Below, piece after piece: positions 1 to 8,808 of a DNA stretch of 32,556 bases (position 1 is its first letter; each line of letters starts with the position of its first letter). The notes under the pieces were generated by a model, which saw nothing but the letters and a program-made list of their open reading frames with translations, was not told where the DNA came from and did no database searches. Position numbers and translations under genes: made by a program. Where the stretch lies: the sequence record SRR31156797_1349; one strand, written 5' to 3'.

Positions 1-81
1 ATGCTGAAATTCAACAATTTCAAAAGGTTTTCCGTCTATTTCAATTTTCAGGCCGGTCCTGAAATCTTTTGTTGAAATCAT
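1..81 (-). CDS. efp: Elongation factor P, 5' part only (runs off the window start; absent from the ORF track)
   Basis: Reverse strand from ATG at 81 reads [27 protein letters not shown], a typical EF-P N-terminus; GGAG RBS at 87-90; lies downstream of aroQ, a common pairing. Confidence 0.93.
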   Translation of the reverse strand, partial: MISTKDFRTGLKIEIDGKPFEIVEFQH

Positions 82-129
82 GTCTACTCCAAAACGTTTA
101 CCCGGTCAGTCCGGTTATTTTCAAAAATT

Positions 130-588
130 TTACCCAGCCAGACGTTCGTACAACGCCTGAACACCGAGGGCATACCCCAGAATGCCAAATCCGGCAATGA
201 CACCCACACACTGTTCTCCCATGAGAGACTGTTGCCTGAGCGGCTGATCTGTCCGCGCCCAGATGTTGCTGATATGCACTTCCACACATGGAATATCTAT
301 CCAGGCGAGACAGTCGGCAATGGCAAGGCTTGTATGGGTATATGCTCCGGCGTTAAACACAACACCGTCAACACCTTCCTCTCTGGCCAGCTCTAAACGA
401 TCAATAAGGGCGCCTTCGGAATTGGATTGAAAATGCATGAGCCCAATACCATCAGCAACTGAGCCCATAGTCTTTTCCAGCAAAGCAGGCATATCATCCA
501 TGGTTTGCGAACCATAAATATCCGGTTGCCGCTTACCTATATGCCCAAGATTCGGGCCATTCAGTATCAATATAGTGAGTTTGGCCAT
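130..588 (-). CDS. aroQ: Type II 3-dehydroquinate dehydratase
   Basis: Motifs ILNGPNL, GKRQPDIYG, FQSNSEG, NAGAYTHTS, EVHISN. Start at 588 preferred over 594 on RBS (GAGGG) spacing. Confidence 0.95.
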   Translation of the reverse strand: MAKLTILILNGPNLGHIGKRQPDIYGSQTMDDMPALLEKTMGSVADGIGLMHFQSNSEGALIDRLELAREEGVDGVVFNAGAYTHTSLAIADCLAWIDIPCVEVHISNIWARTDQPLRQQSLMGEQCVGVIAGFGILGYALGVQALYERLAG

Positions 589-698
589 ACCCATTTCCCT
601 CTATTCAGAAGATTTTCGCTTCCTTGCCTTGACTCTCCCCAAAAAAATGACGAAAGATGGGGGTTGATGAAAACCATAAGCAAGAGCGGTATTTCTTT

Positions 699-1280
699 AT
701 GAACCGAACCATTGAGTTAGTCAAAACAATATACGAAATCAAGCAACTTGAGAATTTCGACGAACCCCAAATAGCCTTGGCGGGACGTTCCAACGTTGGA
801 AAATCTTCACTGGTCAACCGTTTGGCCGGACGCAAAAAACTGGCAAAAATTAGTTCCAAGCCAGGAAAAACCCGAAGTCTCAATTATTACAAAGTTAATC
901 CAGATGGCTACTTCCTTGTTGATCTGCCAGGCTATGGCTATGCCAAATGTTCCAAAACGGAACGGGCCAAATGGGCGAAACTTATTGAGGCCTACATGAC
1001 CGACACCCCGCAACTCAAAGCAGTTGCTGTCCTGCTCGATTCACGCCTCACGCCACAGAAAATCGACATGGAACTGACTTCCTATCTAAAAAGTCTCGGC
1101 ATACCGGTCATTCCCGTTCTGACAAAAGCTGATAAGCCCAAACAACGGGAATTGGCCAAACTTCAAAGTCAATGGAAAGACATCTTACAACAAAAAAGTA
1201 ATCCTCTGCTATTCTCCAGCAAAACGGGTAAAGGTGAAGACAAGCTCTGGGACGTTCTGGGAGAATACGCAAAATTATGA
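699..1280 (+). CDS. yihA: Ribosome biogenesis GTP-binding protein YihA/YsxC/EngB
   Basis: G1 AGRSNVGKSS, SSKPGKTR, G3 DLPGYG, G4 TKADK. ATG at 699 gives the usual family length (ORF track extends to 657). Confidence 0.95.
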   Translation: MNRTIELVKTIYEIKQLENFDEPQIALAGRSNVGKSSLVNRLAGRKKLAKISSKPGKTRSLNYYKVNPDGYFLVDLPGYGYAKCSKTERAKWAKLIEAYMTDTPQLKAVAVLLDSRLTPQKIDMELTSYLKSLGIPVIPVLTKADKPKQRELAKLQSQWKDILQQKSNPLLFSSKTGKGEDKLWDVLGEYAKL

Positions 1281-2423
1281 TCGAATACGATTTAACCGCA
1301 CTCCATCAATCCACTCCCTGACAATAGCTCGGAATCCAGGCATAGCCACCCAAGCCAATCGTAAGGATGCCAGGGATCCCATTATGGCGTTGCCAAGCCA
1401 GGCCGCCATAATGGGTGGTAAAACACCCTTTTCACCTGCCGTAGCCCCCACAACATGAACTCCGTATTGAACAAAAATTAAAATCAAAGCCATACCGATG
1501 TTGGCATAGAGATTTTCAGAAAATGTCATCAAAGTCATGGCGAACAGCGCCATAAGTACCATGGAGAAAGCATAAGAGAGCTTGCCATGCCAGACTGTTC
1601 GCAATATTTCTACATTCGAACCTGATTCCTCAAGCTTCTTGATCGCTCGCGAAAGCTCAAGCAACGGCAACTGAGCCTTGTCCCCTTTAAGCTCCACGGC
1701 AGCATATGCTTTGAGATTCTGACGGACTGACAGGAATTGAGAAAGCCGACTAACCCCGATAAAAGTTCGGGTATCAAGTTCGTGCACATCCAAAAGTCCC
1801 CATCCATGGTCATCAATAAGCGCTTTCTTGGCACTCAGAATTCTGATGAGATCCTGACTGTCTGTGGTGAATTCATACACAGTAATGCCACTTGCTTTAC
1901 TTTTGCCGGGATAGGCCTTTTCTGCCAACACAATGAAAGGACCATCGCGAAACCATAAATTCTTGATCGTCATTTCATCCAGTTGTTTCTTCCGAACGTC
2001 CTCTTTCCAAATCCTATTGGCTTCATATTCTCCAAACACCCCAAGGAATTGAGAAAAGACTAGCTGTCCTACGCTCCATATTAGCGCATAGATGACAAAA
2101 AAACGAATAAACCACGCGAGCGAAACCCCGCCCGCTCTTAATGCAAGCATTTCTCGAGATCGAGTCAACACGCCAAGTTGAATAACCATGGCAAGTAGAA
2201 AAATCGCAGGCATCAATTGGGATACGATGAGCGGAATCTTAACCACAAAATAAAAAAGTATGGTCTCAACGCCCAGCCCCGCCTGAATGAAGTTATCCAA
2301 ACGGTCGAAAACGTCAGACAGCAAATAAATACCTGTTCCAGCAGCCAAACAAATAGCCATCAAGTATAGATTCTGCCGTATGAGATACCGACTGAGAACG
2401 CCTATGCCGAAGATATTCTTCAT
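1275..2423 (-). CDS. lptG: LPS export ABC transporter permease LptG (YjgP/YjgQ family)
   Basis: Three N-terminal TM helices, SREMLALRAGGVS motif, periplasmic domain, three C-terminal TMs with LPPIMAAWLGN; overlaps the lptF stop by 4 nt. Confidence 0.88.
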   Translation of the reverse strand: MKNIFGIGVLSRYLIRQNLYLMAICLAAGTGIYLLSDVFDRLDNFIQAGLGVETILFYFVVKIPLIVSQLMPAIFLLAMVIQLGVLTRSREMLALRAGGVSLAWFIRFFVIYALIWSVGQLVFSQFLGVFGEYEANRIWKEDVRKKQLDEMTIKNLWFRDGPFIVLAEKAYPGKSKASGITVYEFTTDSQDLIRILSAKKALIDDHGWGLLDVHELDTRTFIGVSRLSQFLSVRQNLKAYAAVELKGDKAQLPLLELSRAIKKLEESGSNVEILRTVWHGKLSYAFSMVLMALFAMTLMTFSENLYANIGMALILIFVQYGVHVVGATAGEKGVLPPIMAAWLGNAIMGSLASLRLAWVAMPGFRAIVREWIDGVRLNRIRS

Positions 2424-3586
2424 GCGTTCGCCCTCTTATTAAATCGTAAGTGCATAAGCCAATGGATAAAGAAAGGTGTCCGCTCCTTGTTGGCGTAACG
2501 CATGCCGATTAATGCAACAAACACGTAAACAAAATTTGGCGCCCACAAGCCATACGCTGGTGGAATTGCACCGGACTCTCCCATGCTCACACCAACAGAA
2601 AACATCGTATAGTAGACTAGAAACAATCCCATGGACAAAAGCAGGCCATATTGCTGCTTCAAACCTCGAAAGGCAGAAGCAATGGGAATAGCGAACATGC
2701 CAAGTACAAGGCATCCAATCGGCAGAGTAATACGTTTAAAATACTCAGTATTGACCTTTCGATAAAACCGTTCCCCTCGTCCCGGTGCTTCGTTGTGATC
2801 ACTACGAATGGAACTCAACCGAGACAACGGCATATCCTTGGCTTTGTCTTCATTAAAATTAAATCCCATAAGTAATTTACCAAGGTCGAGTCTAATAGCA
2901 TAAGTACCGAATTTAAGAATATTCAGTTCTTCACCACTCTTTCGAAAGATATTTCCGTTCTTAAACGTAATTCGAATTTCCGCTGTTGCGGCTGTTGATT
3001 CTATCTGCGCTTCAGGGGCCACGACTACGACGGAAGTTCCCTTGATGGACTCATCACGAACAAAAGCAAACTTCAATTCGCCCTTCTCATTGTCCACCTG
3101 GTGAGCATAAAAAGTAATCCCCGGGAATTCTTTGTTAAAAACCCCCGGCTGCAATGCAAATTTGGAATGCGTCCGGGCAAACTGGTAAAGTTTGGTCTTG
3201 AACATGTCCATTCCCCATGCAAGCCCCCAAGACGAAATGAAAAAAGTAAATAGAGTGCAAAGAGTACAAAAGGCCAGTGGCGCAGGCAACATCTTGTAAA
3301 GACTGACGCCGTTCGCCTTGAGTGCAGTGAGTTCGTTATCGGTGCTCATACGTAAAAACGTCAAGAACACGCTCAACATGGTAGCAATAGGCGTAATAAG
3401 TAGTAAAAAAAATGGCGTTAAATAAAAGAAAAGCTGCAATATGTTGAAAAAACCAATGTCCTGAGACAAAAACAAAGAGCGTAACTGCAACATTCTGCCA
3501 ATCAGGATAAGCCCTAAAAGACAAGAAACAGTCAAGCCGAAGAGCTTGAGCAATTCACGAAATATTTGGCGGTGAAGAATTTGCAC
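2420..3586 (-). CDS. lptF: LPS export ABC transporter permease LptF
   Basis: RMSTDNELTALKANGVS, LQPGVFN, LWAPN motifs; GTG start; tandem with lptG. Confidence 0.88.
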   Translation of the reverse strand: MQILHRQIFRELLKLFGLTVSCLLGLILIGRMLQLRSLFLSQDIGFFNILQLFFYLTPFFLLLITPIATMLSVFLTFLRMSTDNELTALKANGVSLYKMLPAPLAFCTLCTLFTFFISSWGLAWGMDMFKTKLYQFARTHSKFALQPGVFNKEFPGITFYAHQVDNEKGELKFAFVRDESIKGTSVVVVAPEAQIESTAATAEIRITFKNGNIFRKSGEELNILKFGTYAIRLDLGKLLMGFNFNEDKAKDMPLSRLSSIRSDHNEAPGRGERFYRKVNTEYFKRITLPIGCLVLGMFAIPIASAFRGLKQQYGLLLSMGLFLVYYTMFSVGVSMGESGAIPPAYGLWAPNFVYVFVALIGMRYANKERTPFFIHWLMHLRFNKRANA

Positions 3587-3595
3587 AGACGAATT

Positions 3596-3778
3596 CTAGT
3601 CCTGTTTCTTTTGAAAAAAACGCTGAAGAAACTCGACATCTTTGGGTGAAAGATTAAAGCGTACTGCGGCTTTCTCAACCAATGCAACAAATTTGCTGTC
3701 TGGATTATTTTTTATTTTTTCACTGATCCAAGCAACGGCTTTGCGCATCAGTTCGCTCTGCGGCATAATGGTCGTCAT
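3596..3778 (-). CDS. Small hypothetical protein (60 aa, helical), first gene of the lptFG unit
   Basis: MTTIMPQSELMRKAVAWISE...AAVRFNLSPKDVEFL; CAGGAG RBS upstream of ATG 3778; 9-nt gap to the lptF start. Confidence 0.75.
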   Translation of the reverse strand: MTTIMPQSELMRKAVAWISEKIKNNPDSKFVALVEKAAVRFNLSPKDVEFLQRFFQKKQD

Positions 3779-3915
3779 GAATGACTCCTGAAAAATGGTC
3801 AAAGGTTCAACTTAATCAAATACACCAGCATTCAAGGGCTTGCAAGAGCCTCTTAGTTGAGCTAGGCCGAACGTTCAAGCTTGAATATCAACATTTTTCT
3901 TCGCATGAGGCTCAC

Positions 3916-4707
3916 ATGGCACCATGGTATATCGCGGTCATTCTCGGAATAGTTGAAGGATTGACCGAATTCTTACCCATATCAAGCACCGGACATCTCA
4001 TCATAACCGGCCACTTGCTCGACTTTACCGGCCCCAAGGCCGAAACTTTTGAAATAGTCATCCAACTCGGTGCCATTCTGGCCGTTGTCGTTTTGTATTG
4101 GGATCGTTTTCTCGGCCTGCTGCGTCCAAATTCAAATCAACAATTTTCCGGAGTCTACGGCTTGTGGCTCCTCTTCCTGACATCTCTCCCTGCATCCATA
4201 CTGGGATTATTAACGCATAGTTACATCAAACAGTATCTATTCAGCCCATCCACCGTGGCAATTGCCTTGGCTGTCGGCGCAGTTCTTATCTTCATCGTCG
4301 AAGGAATGAACAAATCCGAAAAAATCATCTCCCTTGATGAAATAACGCCAAAACTTGCTCTGGGAATCGGCTTGTTTCAATGTTTGGCCCTCTGGCCCGG
4401 CTTTTCACGATCTGCCGCGACCATTATGGGCGGCATGTTGCTTGGTGCACGTCGTACCGTTGCTGCGGAATATTCATTCATCGCAGCGGTTCCAATCATG
4501 TTCGCAGCAACAGGATACGACTTGTTAAAAAACTACCAACTCTTTCAGGGTGAAGACTTTATTTTCCTATTTATCGGGTTCATTGTCTCCTTCATTTCAG
4601 CATGGCTGGCAATCAAAGGATTCATCTATCTTCTCGGTAAATTGACCTTGCGTCCATTCGCAATTTACCGGCTTGCACTTGCACCTTTGATTCTCCTGTA
4701 TTTGTAA
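3916..4707 (+). CDS. uppP: Undecaprenyl-diphosphate phosphatase
   Basis: LGIVEGLTEFLPISSTGHL and PGFSRSAAT signatures; GAGG RBS before ATG 3916. Confidence 0.96.
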   Translation: MAPWYIAVILGIVEGLTEFLPISSTGHLIITGHLLDFTGPKAETFEIVIQLGAILAVVVLYWDRFLGLLRPNSNQQFSGVYGLWLLFLTSLPASILGLLTHSYIKQYLFSPSTVAIALAVGAVLIFIVEGMNKSEKIISLDEITPKLALGIGLFQCLALWPGFSRSAATIMGGMLLGARRTVAAEYSFIAAVPIMFAATGYDLLKNYQLFQGEDFIFLFIGFIVSFISAWLAIKGFIYLLGKLTLRPFAIYRLALAPLILLYL

Positions 4708-4743
4708 TATGTTCCAAAAAAACGAAATAATTTAAATTTCCTC

Positions 4744-4772
4744 TTGCCAAGCGCAAAAAGACGTTCTATAAG
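4744..4772 (+). promoter_or_regulatory. Putative sigma70 promoter of tRNA-Met
   Basis: TTGCCA-N17-TATAAG ending 27 nt before the tRNA. Confidence 0.6.
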
Positions 4773-4799
4773 CTGTCCTCGCTTGGGCGAAACAAATGT

Positions 4800-4876
4800 G
4801 GCGAGGTAGCTCAGTTGGTTAGAGCATACGGCTCATATCCGTAGAGTCGGAGGTTCAAGTCCTCTCCTCGCTACCA
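4800..4876 (+). tRNA. tRNA-Met (CAT), elongator type
   Basis: Cloverleaf: acceptor GGCGAGG/CCTCGCT, D-arm AGCTCAGTTGGTTAGAGC, anticodon arm TACGG-CTCATAT-CCGTA, T-loop TTCAAGT, encoded CCA. No GGG/CCC initiator stem. Ile2 is less likely but not excluded. Confidence 0.93.
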
Positions 4877-4886
4877 CGATTAAAAT

Positions 4887-4927
4887 GAATCCCTTAGATC
4901 ATAATGATTTACGGGATTCTTTTTTTT
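4887..4927 (+). terminator. Intrinsic terminator after tRNA-Met
   Basis: 15-bp imperfect stem GAATCCCTTAGATCA/TGATTTACGGGATTC followed by a T-tract. Confidence 0.75.
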
Positions 4928-5033
4928 ACTCATCCTCACTCCTCTCTAACGTACGAATCAAGAGCAAACCACTCCCTCACTTCTTTCAGAGATTCAAAAC
5001 AAAAAAAACAAGACGGCTTTTTTCCTTCATGGA

Positions 5034-5062
5034 TTGTATTTTTATACAAACAAGCGTACTTT
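5034..5062 (+). promoter_or_regulatory. Putative sigma70 promoter of the ABC exporter operon with an overlapping palindromic operator
   Basis: TTGTAT-N17-TACTTT; palindrome TTGTAT-tttt-ATACAA (5034-5049) covers the -35 box. Confidence 0.55.
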
Positions 5063-5090
5063 GTTGAATAATCAACAAAGCCAATATGCC

Positions 5091-6059
5091 ATGATAAAAA
5101 AGACATTTTTCAGCGCCTTCATTTCTTTTCTTCTTCTCACTGCTGCCTGCTCGAATGAGCCGACCAACGTCTTTCAAGGGTATGTAGAGGGAGAATATGT
5201 TCTTGTAGCAGCTCCAATTGGTGGGACTCTTGACGCTCTCTCTGTCTCCCGAGGCCAAACCATCCTCCAAGACGCTCCGCTATTCGCTCTCGAGCGAGAT
5301 TTCGAGAAAGCCGCTGTAGACGAAGCCACACATGGATTGCAACGCGCACAAGACAATTTCGCCAATCTTGAAAAAGGACAAAGACCATCCGAGATAGCGT
5401 CTATCCAAGCTCAACTCAGACAAGCAAAGGCATCAGCAGCCTTGGCCAAAATTGAATATCTGCGCCGAGTGAAACTCATTGCCGAACAAACCATCTCTCA
5501 AGAAGAACTGGACAGATCCGAAAGCGACTATGATCAAAAAGCTCAACAGGTCAAACAAATAACGGCAGATTTGACTACAGCGCGCCTCGGAGCACGCAGT
5601 GACGAAATCAGAGCAGCCATGGCGGCAGTGCTGCAAGCTCAGGCGATGTTAGATCAAGCACAATGGAACTTTGACCAAAAAGCTCGTGCAGCACCCAGTT
5701 CCGCATTCGTATTTGATACTCTTTTCCGGGTGGGGGAATGGATATCTTCTGGACAACCAGTTGTTTCCTTGTTGCCACCAGAAAATGTTGAAGTCCGCTT
5801 CTATGTCCCTCAAACAATTGTCGGGAAAATTCAACAGGGACAAAAAGCAACCGTGACATATGATGGAGCTGAAAAACCAATCGACGTGACCATCTCCTAC
5901 ATTTCACCGGAGGCCGAGTTCACACCACCCGTAATTTATTCCAGCCAGAGTCGAGCAAAACTTGTCTTTATGCTCAAGGGTAAGTCTTCTCGAGAGGACG
6001 CCAAGCGACTCCACCCTGGACAACCGGTCGATGTAACCATACCCACACTTACTCCATAA
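5091..6059 (+). CDS. HlyD-family periplasmic adaptor (YbhG-like), predicted lipoprotein
   Basis: Signal peptide with lipobox-like LTAAC; QGYVEGE, long coiled coil, SPEAEFTPPVIYS, LHPGQPVDV. Confidence 0.88.
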   Translation: MIKKTFFSAFISFLLLTAACSNEPTNVFQGYVEGEYVLVAAPIGGTLDALSVSRGQTILQDAPLFALERDFEKAAVDEATHGLQRAQDNFANLEKGQRPSEIASIQAQLRQAKASAALAKIEYLRRVKLIAEQTISQEELDRSESDYDQKAQQVKQITADLTTARLGARSDEIRAAMAAVLQAQAMLDQAQWNFDQKARAAPSSAFVFDTLFRVGEWISSGQPVVSLLPPENVEVRFYVPQTIVGKIQQGQKATVTYDGAEKPIDVTISYISPEAEFTPPVIYSSQSRAKLVFMLKGKSSREDAKRLHPGQPVDVTIPTLTP

Positions 6060-6078
6060 TATCGGTGACTTAAAAAAT

Positions 6079-7014
6079 ATGTCTTCTGATATAATCATCG
6101 ATGTACAAGGATTAACCAAATCCTTTGGCCAGAAAACCGTCGTCAATAACTTGGACATGAAAATTCGCAAAGGTGAAATCTATGGTTTTCTCGGTCCGAA
6201 TGGGTCAGGGAAAACTACGTCTATCCGCATGTTGTGTGGACTCCTAAAACCCAATTCGGGCTCGGGGACGTGCCTCGGTTATGACGTTATCAATGAATCC
6301 GCCCGTATCAAGCCACATGTTGGATACATGACACAAAGATTCAGTTTATACGAGGATTTGACTGTTAGAGAGAATATTGAATTCACGGCCCGTGTGTTCG
6401 GTTTGAACAACCCGACACAAAAAGCAGGCGAATGTATTGAAAGAATGGGGCTTGGCCCATTTGAAAAACAACTGGCCGGAAACCTTTCGGGTGGTTGGAA
6501 ACAAAGACTTTCTCTCGGCGTAAGCACACTCCATTCGCCCAAATTGCTTCTGCTGGATGAACCGACTGCCGGCGTTGATCCCGGCGCACGCAGAGATTTC
6601 TGGGATCAGGTGCACACATTGGCTTCTCAAGGCATCACAGCGCTTATCAGCACACATTACATGGATGAAGCTGAACGATGTCACAGACTCGCATATATTG
6701 CGTATGGCACCCTCCTCGCGACGGGTACTGTCGAAGAAATGATCAAGGACTCACAACTGACGACGTGGAATGTCAGCCTTACTAACGACAAGGGAGCGCT
6801 CCATTCTCTTTCTGAGCAACTCAAGAAACTCCCCGACATAGATCAGGTTGTTGCTTTTGGAAACACACTTCATGTCAGTGGCAGAAATGCAGAACGCCTT
6901 GAAAAAAGTATCAAACCATACCAAAAAGCCCCATATGAATGGACTCAAATAAACACCAGCCTTGAAGAAGTTTTCATTGACCTGATGCAGCAAAGCAAAG
7001 GGGATTTGGAATGA
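6079..7014 (+). CDS. ABC transporter ATP-binding protein (YbhF/CcmA-like, single NBD)
   Basis: Walker A GPNGSGKTT, signature LSGGW, Walker B LLLLDEP, H-loop STHYMDEAE. Confidence 0.93.
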   Translation: MSSDIIIDVQGLTKSFGQKTVVNNLDMKIRKGEIYGFLGPNGSGKTTSIRMLCGLLKPNSGSGTCLGYDVINESARIKPHVGYMTQRFSLYEDLTVRENIEFTARVFGLNNPTQKAGECIERMGLGPFEKQLAGNLSGGWKQRLSLGVSTLHSPKLLLLDEPTAGVDPGARRDFWDQVHTLASQGITALISTHYMDEAERCHRLAYIAYGTLLATGTVEEMIKDSQLTTWNVSLTNDKGALHSLSEQLKKLPDIDQVVAFGNTLHVSGRNAERLEKSIKPYQKAPYEWTQINTSLEEVFIDLMQQSKGDLE

Positions 7015-8144
7015 CCTTTTTTTCCCTCAAGCGGTTCATTGCCATGGTCAGCAAAGAATTCATACAAATGCGAAGAGACAGGCTCACCTTTGCCATGATG
7101 ATTGGTATTCCACTCATTCAGTTGATCCTTTTTGGATACGCCATCAACTCAGACCCACGCCATTTGCCCACGGCGGTCCTCTCTGCGGATAATTCACCTT
7201 TTTCCCGAGCCATTGTAACCGGGATGCAAACCAGTACTTTCTTTGATATTACGCATCACCCCAAGACTCGTGATGAAGCAATCAAACTCATCCAAGAAGG
7301 TGTCGTTCAATTCGTCGTCACCATACCCGAACAGTTCGGACGCAACCTGCTCCGTAACAATAGGCCTGTTCTTCTCCTTGAAGCTGATGCCACAGACCCT
7401 ATGGCCACAGGTAATGCCGCAGGTTCATTTCCTGAAATCATCCGACGAGCCCTTGCCAAGGAACTTAAAGGTCCCGCCTCCAAACTCAATCAAAATTTGC
7501 CTCCGGTCGATATCCGAATCCATAATGATTACAACCCAGAAGCGGAAAGTCAGTATAATATTGTCCCGGGTTTAATTGGTGTCATTTTGACACTCACGCT
7601 CGTCATGATTACGTCACTCGCCATTACTAGAGAATCCGAACGAGGAACCATGGAGCACCTGCTTGCCACCCCTGTAAGCCCGCTCGAAGTTATGCTCGGA
7701 AAAATCATTCCGTACATTCTCGTGGGGTATATCCAAATCACACTCATCATTCTGGCTGCCCGCCTTTTATTCAATGTTCCCATGCACGGAAGTGTCACAT
7801 TGGTATTTGCTCTCTCCCTGATCTTTATCGGCGCAAATCTTTCCGTAGGAGTCACGATTTCAACAGTTGTCAAAAATCAACTCCAAGCTGTTCAGATGTC
7901 GATATTTTTCTTCCTGCCATCCCTTTTGCTCTCTGGATTCATGTTTCCTTTCAGAGGAATGCCTCAGTGGGCTCAAGCTGTCGGTTCAATACTTCCGTTG
8001 ACGCACTACCTTCGCCTTATCAGAGGTATTCTGCTCAAAGGAAACAACTTAGAAGAATCAATTCACCACGTTTGGCCCATCCTCATTTTCTGGATAGTAA
8101 TTGTTGCCGTCGGCTTAAAAAGATACCGCCGTACGCTTGATTAA
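7011..8144 (+). CDS. ABC-2 type permease (YbhR/YbhS-like)
   Basis: KEFIQMRRDR, RESERGTMEHLL, LLLSGFMFP, LPLTHY; ATGA overlap with the ATPase. Confidence 0.92.
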   Translation: MTFFSLKRFIAMVSKEFIQMRRDRLTFAMMIGIPLIQLILFGYAINSDPRHLPTAVLSADNSPFSRAIVTGMQTSTFFDITHHPKTRDEAIKLIQEGVVQFVVTIPEQFGRNLLRNNRPVLLLEADATDPMATGNAAGSFPEIIRRALAKELKGPASKLNQNLPPVDIRIHNDYNPEAESQYNIVPGLIGVILTLTLVMITSLAITRESERGTMEHLLATPVSPLEVMLGKIIPYILVGYIQITLIILAARLLFNVPMHGSVTLVFALSLIFIGANLSVGVTISTVVKNQLQAVQMSIFFFLPSLLLSGFMFPFRGMPQWAQAVGSILPLTHYLRLIRGILLKGNNLEESIHHVWPILIFWIVIVAVGLKRYRRTLD

Positions 8145-8361
8145 TTATCTCCCCGCCTTCAATGGAAATTCTTTTTTACGTCATTTGAAGCACCTTGGCG
8201 AAATCTAGAGATTCTTTAGAAAAATTAATAACCATCAAAAATAACTATCTTTTATACCCTAAAGTCCATACTTCTCTTTTTTTTATTCATTCACACCATG
8301 ATTTGAGTTGCCAAACCAATCAAACTACTTATATACGTTGTATCCGTTAGTTCATTGACAT

Positions 8362-8746
8362 GGGGGCGCACTGGTTTCGACGGGGATAGTTGAAGTCAAG
8401 GCCGCAGGTCGAGGTTGGTCGATGGCCTCGTAAAAATCGACCACAAGATAATTGCAAACGACAATTACGACTACGCAATGGCTGCTTAATTGCAGAATTG
8501 CTACATGACACCATAGAGTGTCACGATTCTACTGCCGACGCCTTATGAGCAGATAGGATCGACAAATTATAGGGCTAGCATCATGGTTGGGTTTCTTTGG
8601 CCATGACGCGAAATAATAAGAGAACTAGTCTAGGGGCTGTTTGGCCCGGTGCAATCCTCTAGGCGAAACACTATTCCGGACCTAAACCTGTAGAAGCTTT
8701 CACGGATCGTTCTCGGACGGGAGTTCGACTCTCCCCGCCTCCACCA
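8362..8746 (+). ncRNA. ssrA: tmRNA (transfer-messenger RNA); tag reading frame 8454-8489 encodes ANDNYDYAMAA*
   Basis: 5' GGGGGCGCACTGGTTTCGACGGGG; 3' GGGAGTTCGACTCTCCCCGCCTCCACCA with a G3.U alanine identity pair; resume codon GCA after ATAATT; tag ends in AA-stop. Confidence 0.97.
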
Positions 8747-8763
8747 TTTTCTTTGTATGACGC

Positions 8764-8798
8764 AAAAAAAGCCCCGCCAGATTGGTGGGGCTTTTTTT
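8764..8798. terminator. Bidirectional intrinsic terminator between ssrA and the second motB
   Basis: AAAAAAAGCCCCGCCA-gat-TGGTGGGGCTTTTTTT. Confidence 0.85.
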
Positions 8799-8808
8799 GT
8801 TGAAAAAA

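Noticed and set aside
3874..3885. Perfect 12-bp palindrome TTCAAGCTTGAA upstream of uppP
   Set aside because: Single occurrence with no candidate regulator; one such palindrome can arise by chance in 32 kb.
4800..4876. Initiator tRNA-fMet or tRNA-Ile2 identity
   Set aside because: It lacks the C1 mismatch and the three G-C anticodon-stem pairs of initiators, and its sequence resembles elongator tRNA-Met more than Ile2.
4877..8800. Integrative element at tRNA-Met or tmRNA
   Set aside because: No integrase or transposase, and I found no duplicated tRNA or tmRNA 3' end; ssrA is followed directly by a terminator and motB.
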